From Octopus sinensis (Eukaryota), in the NCBI RefSeq assembly GCF_006345805.1, contig NC_043005.1, positions 22,072,001-22,136,000 of the forward strand: DNA of 64,000 bases, in the 5' to 3' direction. Within the stretch, counting starts at the first letter, position 1, and every line of letters begins with the position of its first letter. This document shows positions 9,915 to 21,720 of the stretch, piece after piece. The position numbers and the translations under genes are program-made. The notes beneath the pieces were generated by a model. That model was not told where the DNA came from, searched no databases, and saw only the letters and a program-made list of their open reading frames with translations.

Positions 9915-10894
9915 TAAGCTAATGGTCCATGAGTGCTGAGGACATGCATAGGCTTGAAAGAAACGAAGCTACTATGATCTGCTGGATATGTAATGTCAGT
10001 ATGCATACATGACAGAGTGTAAAGGCCTTGGGGGAAAAGTTGGACATAAGAAGCATCAAATGCGGTGTGCAAGAGAGACGATTGCGCTGGTATGGTCATG
10101 TGTTATGTATGGATGAGGACAGCTATGTGAGAAAGTGCCACACCCTAACTGTAGAAGGAACCTGTGGAAGAGGTAGACCCAGGAAGACATGGGATGAGGT
10201 GGTGAAGCATGACCTTCAAACATTGGGCCTGACAGAGGCAATGACAGAAGACGAAGTCCTTTGGAGATATACTATGATTGAGAAGACTTGGCAACCAAAG
10301 TGAGATTGCAGCCATGGCCGATACCAGTGTTGCATGTCCAGCCTATTTAAGAGTACTCTTGATGCATCGGGCGATATGATATGTTTATTGAGTCAAGTAA
10401 AACCAAAATCGTAGTTGTAGCCAGTGCCACCTGACTAGCTCCCGTTCTGGTGGCATGTAAAATGCATCATCCAAATGTGGTCAATGCCATCGCCTTCAGA
10501 CTGGCTCCGGTGCTGATGACATGTAAAAAGCACTATCTGAACGTGGTCGATGCCAGGTCTGCCTGACTGGCTTCTGTGCAAGTGGCACATAAAAAGCACC
10601 ATCTGAGCATGACTGATGCCCGTACCCCCTGACTGGCTTCCATGCTGGTGGCACATAAAAAGCACTATCTGAGCGTGATCGATACCAGGTCCGTCTGACT
10701 GGCTCCTGTGCTGGTGGCATGTAAAAAGCATCCACTACTCTCTCAGAGTGGTTGGCGTTAGGAAGGGCATCCAGCTGTAGAAATATTGCCAAATCAGATG
10801 GGAACATGGTGCAGCTGCTGGCTCTCCAAACCTCAGTCAAACGGTCCAACCCATGCCAGCATGGAAAACAGATGTTAAACGATGATGATGATGA
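9915..10894 (+). mobile_element. 5'-truncated RTE LINE (RT C-terminus, tandem-repeat 3'UTR, (GAT)n tail)
   Basis: RRLRWYGHV..GRGRPRKTWDEVVKHDL. About five ~60-bp units lie at 10435-10740 and the element ends gttaaacgatgatgatgatg. Confidence 0.9.
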
Positions 10895-10907
10895 TTTATA
10901 TATATAT

Positions 10908-12172
10908 CTGGTCATCCCATAAGTTCTGTCCGAATTTTGAATAAAGAAAACAAGCGATCAAATGTTATATTTAATTGAAATTTAATCCTCAATGTACTTT
11001 CCCTGATTATCTATGACTTCCTTCCATCTATTTACAAGCTTTTTAATCCCATCAACGTAAAACTCTTTTGGTTTCAAAGCGAAGAACTCTGAAATGTCAG
11101 TTTCGACCTCCTCCTGGCTTGCGAAAGTTATGTCCCCCAAATGATTCTGTAAACTACAAAACAAATGGTAGTCTGAAGGAGCAAGGTTGGCAGAATAAGG
11201 TGGATGAGGAATTTTTTCCCAACCAAGCCCTTCAATCTTCTGTGATGTGATCTTTGTAGTGTGGGTCGTGCATTGTCCTGATGAATCATCTCTCCTTTTC
11301 AATTCACTAAAGCAGGTCTTTTTTTCTTCAAATGCTTGCTTCAAACACTCTAATTGCTGACAATAGACTTGCACATTAATTGTTGCATTAGGTGCTAACA
11401 ATTCAAAGTGAATTACTCCTTTACAATCCCACCAGATAGAGAGAAGAACCGTTTTTTCTGCGAAGTTCCCTTCTCGGTTGTGGTTGAGCTTTTTCCCTTT
11501 TACCAAGCCACTGTTTACGACGTTTAACATTTTGGTAGAAGACCAAATTTTCATCACCAGTTACATGTCTATCCAAAAAGGGTGAAATGAGTTCGCGAGA
11601 ATGGAGAGAAGAGCAGATGTCAACTCAGGATTTGCGGTTGCTTTCGGACAATTCATGAGGCACCCACTTTCCAAGTTGCTGAAGATGACGATGAACAGTT
11701 GTATGGTTTGAACTAAGCTTTCTCGCCAGTTCTTCAACTGATAATGCAGGATTTTCTTCAAGTAATGCCTCAAAGAGCTTATCATCAAACTTAACTGGAT
11801 GTCCTGTTCTATCTTTATCTTCTAGGCTAAAATCTCCACTTCTGAATTTTGCAAACCATCTTCTGCAAGTTCTTTCATTCAAGCATTCTTTCCTATAAAC
11901 TGAGTCGTTTTGAGTTGCTTCGGCTGCAGAGTTTCCTTTTTTTGTACTCATAAAGCATTATGTGCCTCAAATGCTCTTTGGATACTTCCATGTTAGAAAG
12001 GGTTTTAGTCAAAGAAATTTTCATTCTATTATTCTGTAAAATAATATTTAATTAGTTAAAATGTACACAAATGCATAAAAAAAATTTTAATTCCATTAGA
12101 CATTCTAAAATACTATTAAATTTCATTCAATTTTAAAAAAGGTAAAATCAGACAGAACTTATGGCATGACTT
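10908..12172 (-). mobile_element. Near full-length mariner (DD34D) transposon
   Basis: TIRs ggtcatcccataagttctgtccgaatttt (10910) and aaaatcagacagaacttatggcatgact (12144-12171). Both ends abut TA runs. Length ~1.27 kb. Confidence 0.92.
10982..11991 (-). pseudogene. Mariner transposase pseudogene
   Basis: MEVSKEHLRHIML..WFAKFRSGDFSLED..WVPHEL..VTGDEN..(Q)DNARPH..YSANLAPSDYHLF. It is broken by frameshifts and a stop (pieces in ORFs 11625-11951 and 10982-11557). Confidence 0.9.
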
Positions 12173-12974
12173 TATATATATATATTTGCAGCTAGGTCAA
12201 CAGGGGTGCACACACACTACATAATATGTAGCCTTTAAATGGGATGTAGAAGCTTCTTTCTTTTGTATTATTCATTTTTCTTTATCTTTTTCTTTTTTAA
12301 TTAGAGAATTAAATTCTGAAGATGTGACCCTGTGACTTACTGTAGGTTGAAATTATCTTAAATCCCTGAGAAAGTTTGATAGGAATAATCACTTCATTTA
12401 TTATAGCTCAGTCTATTTCTTTCATATATGTGGGCTTACTTTTTAAAACACCTACAGGCCACTAAAGTTCTGGTTTTTCTCTTGTCAAACTTTTCTGAAT
12501 AGTGGTCATGGTTTGGTTGTTATTAAAATTTTTGTTTCTTTTTTTAGCAGCTTTGATTCCTTTATTGCTGTTGTTATTTAAAGTAAGGGTTAGCCCCAAC
12601 TAGGTAGATAAAGACATTCCAACTATGACAATGATATTCCTTTTTTCCTGATATACTATATATAAGACAATATCATCCATTGTATCCTTCCTTTTATAAA
12701 ACTGTAAACTGTGATTTGAGAAAGATTTTCTGGGGGTTATTTTGGTATATTTAGTATATGATATTTAGTTTGTGCACATTTTATATGGAGTATTCCTGTC
12801 ATTTTGTCTGCTAAAAAGGATCATATGATAAAAAATTATTCTAGTTGTGACTATCCTGTAGGATGTTATTTATGAGAGATTATTTTTTAACAGGTTGACT
12901 AACCACTCAGAAGGCACTGTGTTTGTATCTTTGGTGATATATTTTTTAGGTTCCTTTTACCAACTGTTTTGAGA

Positions 12975-13245
12975 GCCTGTGGTAATAATGGTGGTGGTGG
13001 TGGTGGTAATAATGGGTACAGAGATGGTCATAGCAGTAGTATTGGTAATGGTGGGAAATGATAATGGTGATAGGGATAGTAGTTGTGGTCGTGATTATGG
13101 CAGTGATCATAGTAGTGATATTGATGGCCCTATTGGAAGGAAGTAGTGGAGGTGGTATTGATGACAGTGACAGCAATGGTATGGTAGTGGTGGTGGGTGA
13201 TTGTGGTGATGGTGCTATGATGGTGGGAGTGATGGTGATGGGGAT
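12975..13245. repeat. Degenerate (GGT/GAT)n trinucleotide low-complexity tract
   Basis: Direct reading. It produces the spurious V/M/G-rich and T/H-rich ORFs. Confidence 0.85.
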
Positions 13246-14459
13246 GATAAAGTTTTTGCCTGTTATCTTGGTGTACGTGTTGCCATCATCTTTATACAAG
13301 ATGTTGTCCTTCAGAAACACTTGCATATCTGCTGTTGAATCTGTGGATATATCTGTAATGTCAGTATCTAAACATATATGTGTTCATGTACACATATGTA
13401 TACATTCAAACACACATGCATATACACACATGTATATGTATATATGTGTGTGTGTGCATATGTATAAATATATATACATATAAAGAGAGAGAGAGAGAGG
13501 GATGTTCACATCATCATCATCATCGTAACATTTGTTTGCCATACTACTATGAACTGGATTGTTTGACAGTATTCAGTGAGGTGAAGAACTGCATCAAACT
13601 CCAGTGTTTGTTTTGGCATCATTTCAATAACTGGATGTCTTTTCTAGTGTCAACTTTACAGGGGTGTACTGGATGCTTTTTTTCATGTCACTGGCACTTG
13701 TCAGGTTGCAAATTAATTTGCAAGACAAAGAAAAGAACCCTTGACTGAGAAGGATTACGTATATGCACATGCACGTGCATGAATGCATGCATTCACACAT
13801 ACATGCATGCACACACAAACACACACATTTATACATTTTATATATTTTTCATTCATTCATTTATTTTACTCCCATATTTTTCTATACCAGTATAGGTTGG
13901 ACAGATACTTATTTGAGGTAGTATTTTTCTGCCAGATGCTCTTCCAATCACCAACCTTTACCTGTTTTTTAAAGAAGGGATGTATTTTTTTTCTTTTATT
14001 CTACAATACTTTGTAATTTCAGAACTACAGTATTTAATGTTGACTGAGAATATAAATATAACACTGTTTGTGGTCTTGTGTGTGTGTAAATGCATGTGTA
14101 TGAGTGCATGTGTGTATGCATATGTGCATGTGTTTGTATATTTGTGAGTATAATTTATGAGGATCATACAAACAAGTACACCTGATTTTGAGATGGCAGG
14201 AAATATGGAAATTCATTTCATTAAAAATTATCTTTATAAAAAATGCTGAGTAAAATTTCAAAGATAAATAGAGTACTGTATAGAGACCTAAAAAAAATTT
14301 TATATTAGTTTTTAAAAAATTACATGGCCGATAAATTACTACTGTATTGAATGTGGGAGAAGAATAAGAAGTGAGAATTTGTAGTAATTGTACCGGGGAT
14401 TTTCAACAAATGAGAAAAAAGAGAACTGCTTTAGTATCACCAAATGAAATATATAATAG

Positions 14460-15026
14460 GTGCAAACATGGCTGTGTGGTTAAGAAATTTGCATCTCAAC
14501 TACATGGTTCCTGGTTCAGCCCTACTAGGTGGTACCTTGGGCAAATGTCTTCTGCAGTCCTGGGCTGACTGAATTCTTGTGAGTGGATTTGGTAGACAGA
14601 AGCTAAAAGAACCTTTATATATATTCTTCGATTTGTTTGTCATTTGACTGTGGCCATGCTGGAGCACTGCCTTGAAGGATTTTATTTGAACAAATTGACC
14701 CCAGGACTTATTTTTTAAGCCTAGTACTTATTCTATCAGTCTCTTTTGCCAAACCACTAGGTTACAAGGATGTAAGCATACTAATGCTGGTTGTCAAGTG
14801 GTGATGGGGGAGCAAATACAGACACACACACATAGATATCCATCCATACATACATACATATATATATATACAATGGGCTTCTTTCAGTTTTCGTCTACCA
14901 AATTCACTCACAAGGCTTTGGTCAGTCCAATGCTGAAGTAGAAAACACTTGCCCATGGTGCCACACAGTGGGGTTAAACCCAGAACTATGTGGTTGGCAA
15001 GCAAGCTTCTTACCACACAGCCATAC
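14460..15026. mobile_element. Two tRNA-derived SINE pieces in opposite orientation (+ head 14460-14610, - copy 14630-15026)
   Basis: catggctgtgtggttaagaa... head on +. Its reverse complement ...cttaccacacagccat lies at ~15010-15024. Confidence 0.7.
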
Positions 15027-15510
15027 CTGCACCCACACATATATATATGTACACACACACACACACACATAAAGTTCATGTTCAGTTAAATGAAGGAAAG
15101 AAAATGGAGAGTTAAGATAATAATAATTATTTGTTATTAAAAAATTGGTAATCTTTACTTCTTACAGCCATTTCCATTAGTGCTCAATAGGTAAATTACG
15201 AATTTATGATTTAAGTTTGCATTTATATGTTATGAGCATAATTTTATCACAGAAAAATATACATTTAGATATTACATGTGAACCCTTCCATTCATGCAAG
15301 CAGACTAAATAAGGAGTTATTATGTTTTCATTGCTATGTGTGGGTGAAGAGTTAATAGATCACTTAGAATATAATGAGTAATAAGGTAAAGTAAAGAATA
15401 AGATGGAATAAAATAAAAAGTAAATAAAAATGGAAATAAAATAAAATGAAAAAATAAAAATAAAAATAAATGTAAAGTAAGTAAATAAAAAGAAGTAAAA
15501 TATCCAATTA

Positions 15511-15512
<2 letters not shown>

Positions 15513-15593
<81 letters not shown>
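15513..15593. repeat. (TA)n microsatellite, about 40 units
   Basis: Direct reading. Confidence 0.97.
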
Positions 15594-15595
<2 letters not shown>

Positions 15596-15799
15596 GTGTA
15601 AATACATATACATTCATAGTCATTTACATATATATATAAAAAAAAACATTCAGATCCAAAATCAATCAATCAATGTCCATTGGTTGAGGAAATTACATAT
15701 CTCAAAATTACAAGGTATAAAGCCTGTATTTCCTTGGATGCAACTATCCCTTTATGAGGTTAACTTATTCTCTAAGCAACTTTAATATATATACAAATA

Positions 15800-16114
15800 C
15801 AGTGGAACCTCAGATTACAACTAACTCTCATCAAATGAGTTTACAAAAAATTTTTCCAACATAAAACATCATGAGTGACAAACAGTGTCTCAAGCAACAA
15901 ACCTGCAAGCCAACAATGATGGTTGGCAACAAGCTGGAAGTATCAGCAGAAAAGTGCTAGTTGCTGTCTAGCTTTCACTCAGTGTATATCTCTGCTCAAA
16001 TTCATCATACCTTCTCTTGAATTTCCTATGGGAAAAATAATTTTGGTTTATGAACATTTCAGGTGACAAATGACCTTCAGGAATGAATTAAATTTATAAA
16101 CCGAAGTTCCACTA
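15800..16114. mobile_element. pogo/Tigger-like MITE
   Basis: TIRs cagtggaacctcagattac (15800) and taaaccgaagttccacta (16097-16114). TA precedes the left end. No ORF. Confidence 0.7.
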
Positions 16115-16124
16115 TGTATGTATG

Positions 16125-16670
16125 TCAGGTCACTTTTGAGTGCTACTGGTAACATGTAACCCAGTACAGCCTGTTGCATGGTCGGGCCGTCGGCGACTAA
16201 ACCGGCAACCCCACCAAGCTTGCTTGGTGAGGAGGGTGTTTATTGGACACCCTGCGGGATGAAAAACAAAACCCGTCAAAGGGCGGAGGAACTCTTGAGA
16301 GTCAACGGCCATCCAATAAATGTCTTAAGGCTGTATCATGCATGGGGACATAGAAATAATCGGACTGAATACCCGATCGCGTGGTTAAACCATGGGAGTG
16401 AAGGACTCTTAGCCTTTGTTAGGGCATCCTTCTAGGATAACTGGGATAACTCCGACATAAAACCTGCGGCTCAGTGGTTATCAATGCTGTTGACTTGTTC
16501 TTCTTTTCGGATTATGGCTACTGTTGCTTAGTGAGTGGGATTGACTCAGTGCACAGCCTTTCCTCACTTAAAAAAAAATCTTCTTGCACAGGCATTGCAC
16601 GATAACAACATTGATTAAGTTTTGTGCAATGGCCATACTCAATAACGAGGGGGCAGCCACCATGTATGTG
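16125..16670 (+). mobile_element. GC-rich structured segment, possibly a LINE (RTE-type) 5'UTR
   Basis: Abrupt GC/CpG rise. Hairpins tactgg/ccagta (~16144-16166) and caccaagc/gcttggtg (~16212-16229). No recognisable ORF. Confidence 0.35.
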
Positions 16671-16760
16671 TGTATGTATATATGTAGGTAGGTAGGTATG
16701 CAAGCATGTATGTATGTATGTGACAATTACAAAGAATACAGAGACTGGTACATCTTCATA

Positions 16761-16942
16761 CAAGGGGGTTTGAAGAGTTCCTGGTTGGAGGCACAACCTT
16801 CTGAGTTCTTTATAGGGCTTATAAAAACTGAAGGACTGCTACAATAAGTGCCTGAAACTGAAAGGGGAATATATTAAATAAAATCGTAATTAACTGTTCT
16901 TCCCATATTTTCTTTTACCCAGGAACTTTTCACTACCCCCTC
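16761..16942. mobile_element. Mariner-type MITE (~180 bp)
   Basis: TIRs agggggtttgaagagttcctgg and ccaggaacttttcactaccccct, with TA next to each end. Confidence 0.7.
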
Positions 16943-16959
16943 ATATATATATATATATT

Positions 16960-17990
16960 GAAAGACAATGACAATATCCACCCTCTCTTATCGACGAGGG
17001 AATTAAACGTGCCAAAAACACTAAGAACAAAAAAAACATAACACCACCCCCTCAACTCAAAACATTACTATTTATATCAACACACAATCTCAGAAACAGG
17101 GAGGCATTCAACACTATTGTGCAAACTCTTCCTTTACTAACTAGAGATCCCAAAAATGAATGACATCCTGAAAACACACAATCTCATCAAATGCAAAAAA
17201 CAAGATAAATCGCCAAAGAGACTACTAACAAATGCAAAGCTTTACAAAATAACCACGAAACCAACTGTTGAAAAATGTGGACGCCCAAACTGTGGAACCT
17301 GCCCCAACCTGCTTGAAGGCTCGGGTTTCCTTATCAAACAAGGACAGAGGTTCACAATTAAAACTAGTTTCACTTGTGCCTCTGAGAACCTAATTTATGT
17401 AATAACCTGCTCGGGTTGCGGACACCACTATAGTGGACAAACGAGTATGACCTTGAGAAAGAGAAGCACTCTACATAAAGAGCAAATCCGTTTCCCCGCA
17501 ACACAAATTCCTCTCAGTGAACATATAGAAAAATGTGCAGGTAACATCAAACCAAATTTCACAGTCTTCCCTTTCTACCAGTGCAAAAACACAATCTCTC
17601 AACTAGAACGTTTAAATAAAGAAACTTTTTTCATTGAAAAATACAAAACCAACTTTTATCTTTTTACATATTTCAATTCACGATTACATCACTGTACATA
17701 TATCCCCTACTAAACAAGGTTTTTGAAACTCGTCTCTGTCTGTACACATATATAATCCCCACCCATTACCGAAAGCTGAACAGTTATCTCCCCTACCCAC
17801 AACAATAACAATAATAGTGACAACCAATTACCTCCCTTTATTTATCTACTTGTGAAGTCATTCGCTTGTGAATTTCATCACACACAACATGGACAAAATT
17901 TCTTCTTAAAGAAAAAATATATATTCAAATAAGGAAAACATAATATCATGAATAGCGATAGCGAAACTGGTCGATATATTAATAATTATA
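16960..17990 (+). mobile_element. 5'-truncated Penelope-like element (RT linker, GIY-YIG endonuclease, 3' region)
   Basis: QYPPSLIDEGIKRAK..ISTHN.RNREAFNTIVQTLPLL is frameshifted into ORF 17156-17713 (CGRPNCGTC..FTCASENLIYVITCSGCGHHYSGQTSMTLRKRSTLHK..E.FFIEKYKT). A hammerhead 3' half follows at ~17954-17972. Confidence 0.88.
17156..17713 (+). pseudogene. Penelope GIY-YIG endonuclease domain (retroelement-derived)
   Basis: LIY..Y(S)G motif pair, Cys pairs, and conserved Arg, His and Glu. The C-terminus is eroded. Confidence 0.85.
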
Positions 17991-18108
17991 TTAAAACTAT
18001 GTAAGTGTGCATATTTTCCTTTTTTAATTTCTTATATACATTACTACTCACCACTTGGGGATTATCGAAATTCCTCTTTTCTGTTACTACTATATATATA
18101 TATATATA

Positions 18109-18985
18109 TCATCATCATCATCGTTTAACGTCCGTTCTCCATGCTAGCATGGGTTGGACGGTTCGACCGGGGATCTGGGAAGCCAGAAGGCTGCACCAGG
18201 CTCCAGTCTTATCTGGCAATGTTTCTACAGCTGGATGCCCTTCCTAACGCCAACCACTCCGTGAGTGTAGTGGGTGCTTTTTACGTGCCACCTGCACAGG
18301 TGCCAGGCGAGGCTGGCAACGGCCACGGTCGGATTGGTGTATTTTACGTGCCACCGGCACGGAAGCCAGTCGAGGCGGCGCTGGCATCGGCCACGAGTCG
18401 GATAGTGCTTTTTACGTACCACCAGACCAGGGATCCTGGCTGGTTCAATTCGATTTTGATTTCGCTTGCCCCAACATGTCTTCGCAAGCAAAGGGGGTTG
18501 GCATGGGTGCCTGTCGTCGGATGAGGTTCTATATCGACTTCGCTTGCCTCAACAGGTCTTTGTGTCCAAGGGAGGAAAGGCATTCATAAGTGGGCTGGGC
18601 TCACTTGTCCTGCCTGGTCTTCTCACGTACAGCATATTTCCAAAGGTCTCGGTCACTGGTCATTTCCTCAGTGAGGCCTAAAGTTCGAAGGTCGTGCTTC
18701 ACCACCTCGTCCCAGGTTTTCCTGGGTCTACCTCTTCCACGGGTTCCCTCAACTGCTAGGGATTGGCACTTTCTCATACACCTATCTTCATCCATTCTTG
18801 CCACATGACCATACCAGCGCAATCGTCTCTCTAGCACACCACAACTGATGCTTAGGTACAACATTTCTCTCAAGGTACTAACGCTCTGTCGAGTATGTAC
18901 ACTGACATTACACATCCATCGGAGCATACTGGCTTCATTCCTCACGAGCTTACGCATGTCTTCAGCAGTCACGGCCCATGAGGAC
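18109..18985 (-). mobile_element. 5'-truncated RTE LINE
   Basis: ORF 18601-19101 reads WAVTAEDMRKLVRNEASMLRWMCNV..RRLRWYGHV..GRGRPRKTWDEVVKHDL. The 3'UTR repeats follow, with a (CAT)n tail at 18109-18122. Confidence 0.92.
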
Positions 18986-19319
18986 ATATATATATATATA
19001 TATATATAAATGTGTGTATGTAAGTATGTATATGTGACTTTAGGAAAGGGTGTGTGTGTGTGAGAGAGAGAGAGAGAGATGTGAAATTCTGCTGAGGTCA
19101 ACTTTGCCTTTTAGCTTTTCGGGGTCAATAAATTAAGTACCAGTGAAACACTGGGGTCTATGTAACCAACTACTTACCTCCCACCAAATTTCAGGCCTTG
19201 TACCTTTAGTAGAAATGATTATTATAGTTATTATTATTATTATTATTTATATGAAAATTCAGCTTATTTTACTGGGTATGATGGAAAGTGTCAGCTGTCC
19301 ACAGCCAGCAGACTAAAGT

Positions 19320-21720
19320 GACACTTGTTTACTGGTCATGCTTCAAGAACCCTGCAAAGAATTCTTGCTGTTCCAAGCAATGCTGATTTTTGTAGATGTT
19401 CTACTTTTGCATTATACCAATCTGTTGGTAGTAGAGTGCTGATACTTCCAAGTGCGCCAATTACTATTAGTACCACATCTACTCTACCCATTGACCACAA
19501 CCTTCATATTTCTCACTTTAAATTGTCATTTTCTCTTCATTGTCTTCGATCTGGTCGTCACCAAAACATGCTATGTTCATTATCATGCATGTTCTTCCTT
19601 TTTTATTCACCACAATAATGTCCAGTTTCTGATAGCTGGTCAGGTATCTGCATTGATCACACTGAATCATTGCATCCCACAGGATTTTGCAATATTTCAT
19701 TCTCCATGACTCCTTCTGGGGTTTGCACCTACCATGTTTTTGCTCTTTGTAGGCCATGATTTCCACAGAGCTCCCAATGGATCATTCTTGCCACATTGTC
19801 ATGTTGTTTTTTGTATTCATGTTCTGCCAATTTCAGGCATTTGCTATTGATGTGCCATACTGTTTTACCCTCACACCACACATTCTGCATTTGTCACTGT
19901 CGGTAGTGTTGTCGATTCTGCACTTCACATTGTTAGTCCTTAATGCTTGTTCTTGAGCTGCACATATGAGTGCATCTGTCTCTATCTTCATGTCACTCCT
20001 CCATATCCATTGTCTTTTGTATCTGTCTTGGCATTTGTTTCTCTTGCAAACTGGATGTACATTGTTTTCCTTACATCCTGTTTCTTTTTTTTGTTCTTTT
20101 CCTCTTTAAATTTTTTTTTCACAATGGCAGTGCCCCACCATGGCCACAGCTCGTGAGATGAAACTAGATAAAAAAAAAGTTCTCAGTTTTAATGACTCCA
20201 TCCTTCTTCTTTTTCAACAATATACCACTCTAAGATGTTTTCCTCCACTTCAATACAATCCTAGCAACTGATCAAACCTTTTCCACCTTTTCACCTGGAC
20301 AAGTACAGTCTATCGGTGTCATTCTTAGGGTGGGAGGCTCCATGCACTGTCAACATTTTTCTTGTCTTTGGATCCATCTTCAGCAGTTCTTTCTTTTGCT
20401 ATTTTATAATTCCAGTTCCATACCAAAGTGATGCTATCACCTATGTATTAACTGCTTGGATTTTTTCCATCCAGTCAATTTTGAGTATAACACCAACCTT
20501 AGTCTTCAGAAATATTCCATCCTCAGCTACTCTTTCATTTCCTTCTCCATTATCTCATTGAACTCTAGTATTGTAAGGTATTTGTAGACTTCCATTTCAA
20601 TTTGTTTAATTAGTTCTCTATTTGGTAATTCTATCCCTGCTAGGGACTGTACCTTGCCTCTTTTTCGGTAGATTATTCCACACTTCTTGAGTCCAAATTC
20701 CATTCTAATGTTAGCACTAAAATAGAGGAGTGTGTTCACCAAGGAACTCACTTCTCACCCTTGCATTAGTTTCAGACCATCCATGAAGAGTGGGTGGTTG
20801 ATTGTTAGAGAAATCCCTTTAGCTGATATCCTAGGTTCATTTTCCTAAGTACCAAGGTCAGAGGGATCATGCAGAGAACAAAAAGCAACAGAGATAAGCT
20901 ATCACCCTGGAAAATCCCTCTTCTGATGCCCAGAAGCTTTTTCCATAGATGTCAGTTCAGTTTTCCACCCCACCATACTTCTCTTCAGGAAACACATTAT
21001 ATTCCTCACAATTCCAAAGAGATTTAAGCACTTGATGATCTACAAATGTAGAATCATACTATAAGCTTTGCGATAGTCAACCCAGGTCATTCCCAACTTC
21101 GTTCTCCTTTGTTTACAATCTTGCATTACCATTTTGTCTATCAATAATTAATCTTTGGTACCTCTGCATCTCCTTCAACAGCTTTTTTGTTCTATTGGTA
21201 ATATATCATTCTCATCAAGAAATTTGTACAATTCTTCTGCAATTCCTCCTGACATAACTTCCATATTAATGGGAAGCAACAAATTGGCCTGTAATTGTCA
21301 ACAGCATTTCCTTTTGATGCATCCTTCAGATACAACATTATTATTATTATTGTTGTTGTTGTTATTCTGAAAGACTCAGATAGTTCTTAATTACCAGTTA
21401 TTCTTTACTTGAAAGCAGGCAATAACAAATCACCAAAGGTTTCAAGTAGTGCCTTCTCCAGTCACTCAAAGAGACAATACCATTGTTATTATCACCATAT
21501 AAATGAGATTTCATGTTGGTGGATAATTGAAAATTTTGTAATATTTCTCCAAGGAAATGATGGCTTTAAGCCATCTTATCACACATCTCTTCAAATAACA
21601 AACAATGTTTTTCTGAACCAAAACCAGTTGTTTCACCCATTATCTTTTCTTCTAGAGATATCTTACAATTTCTTCCCCAAAAGTCTTAATGCTGCTTTGT
21701 AAGACATTGTACATTCCAAA
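19320..21720 (-). mobile_element. Decayed R4/Dong-like non-LTR retrotransposon (RT, CCHC, restriction-like endonuclease)
   Basis: WVDYRKAY (RT2); ANIRMEFGLKKC (RT6); HDNVARMIHWELCGNHG; KILWDAMIQCD..LDIIVVNKKGRTCMIMNIACFGD (degenerate PD..D RLE). Confidence 0.8.

Noticed and set aside
10435-10740. Regularly spaced repeats resembling a CRISPR array
   Set aside because: The whole unit is homologous with no unique spacers, it lies in an RTE 3'UTR, and the DNA is eukaryotic with no cas genes.
12946-13483. 126-141 aa ORFs on both strands
   Set aside because: Translations of a degenerate trinucleotide tract.
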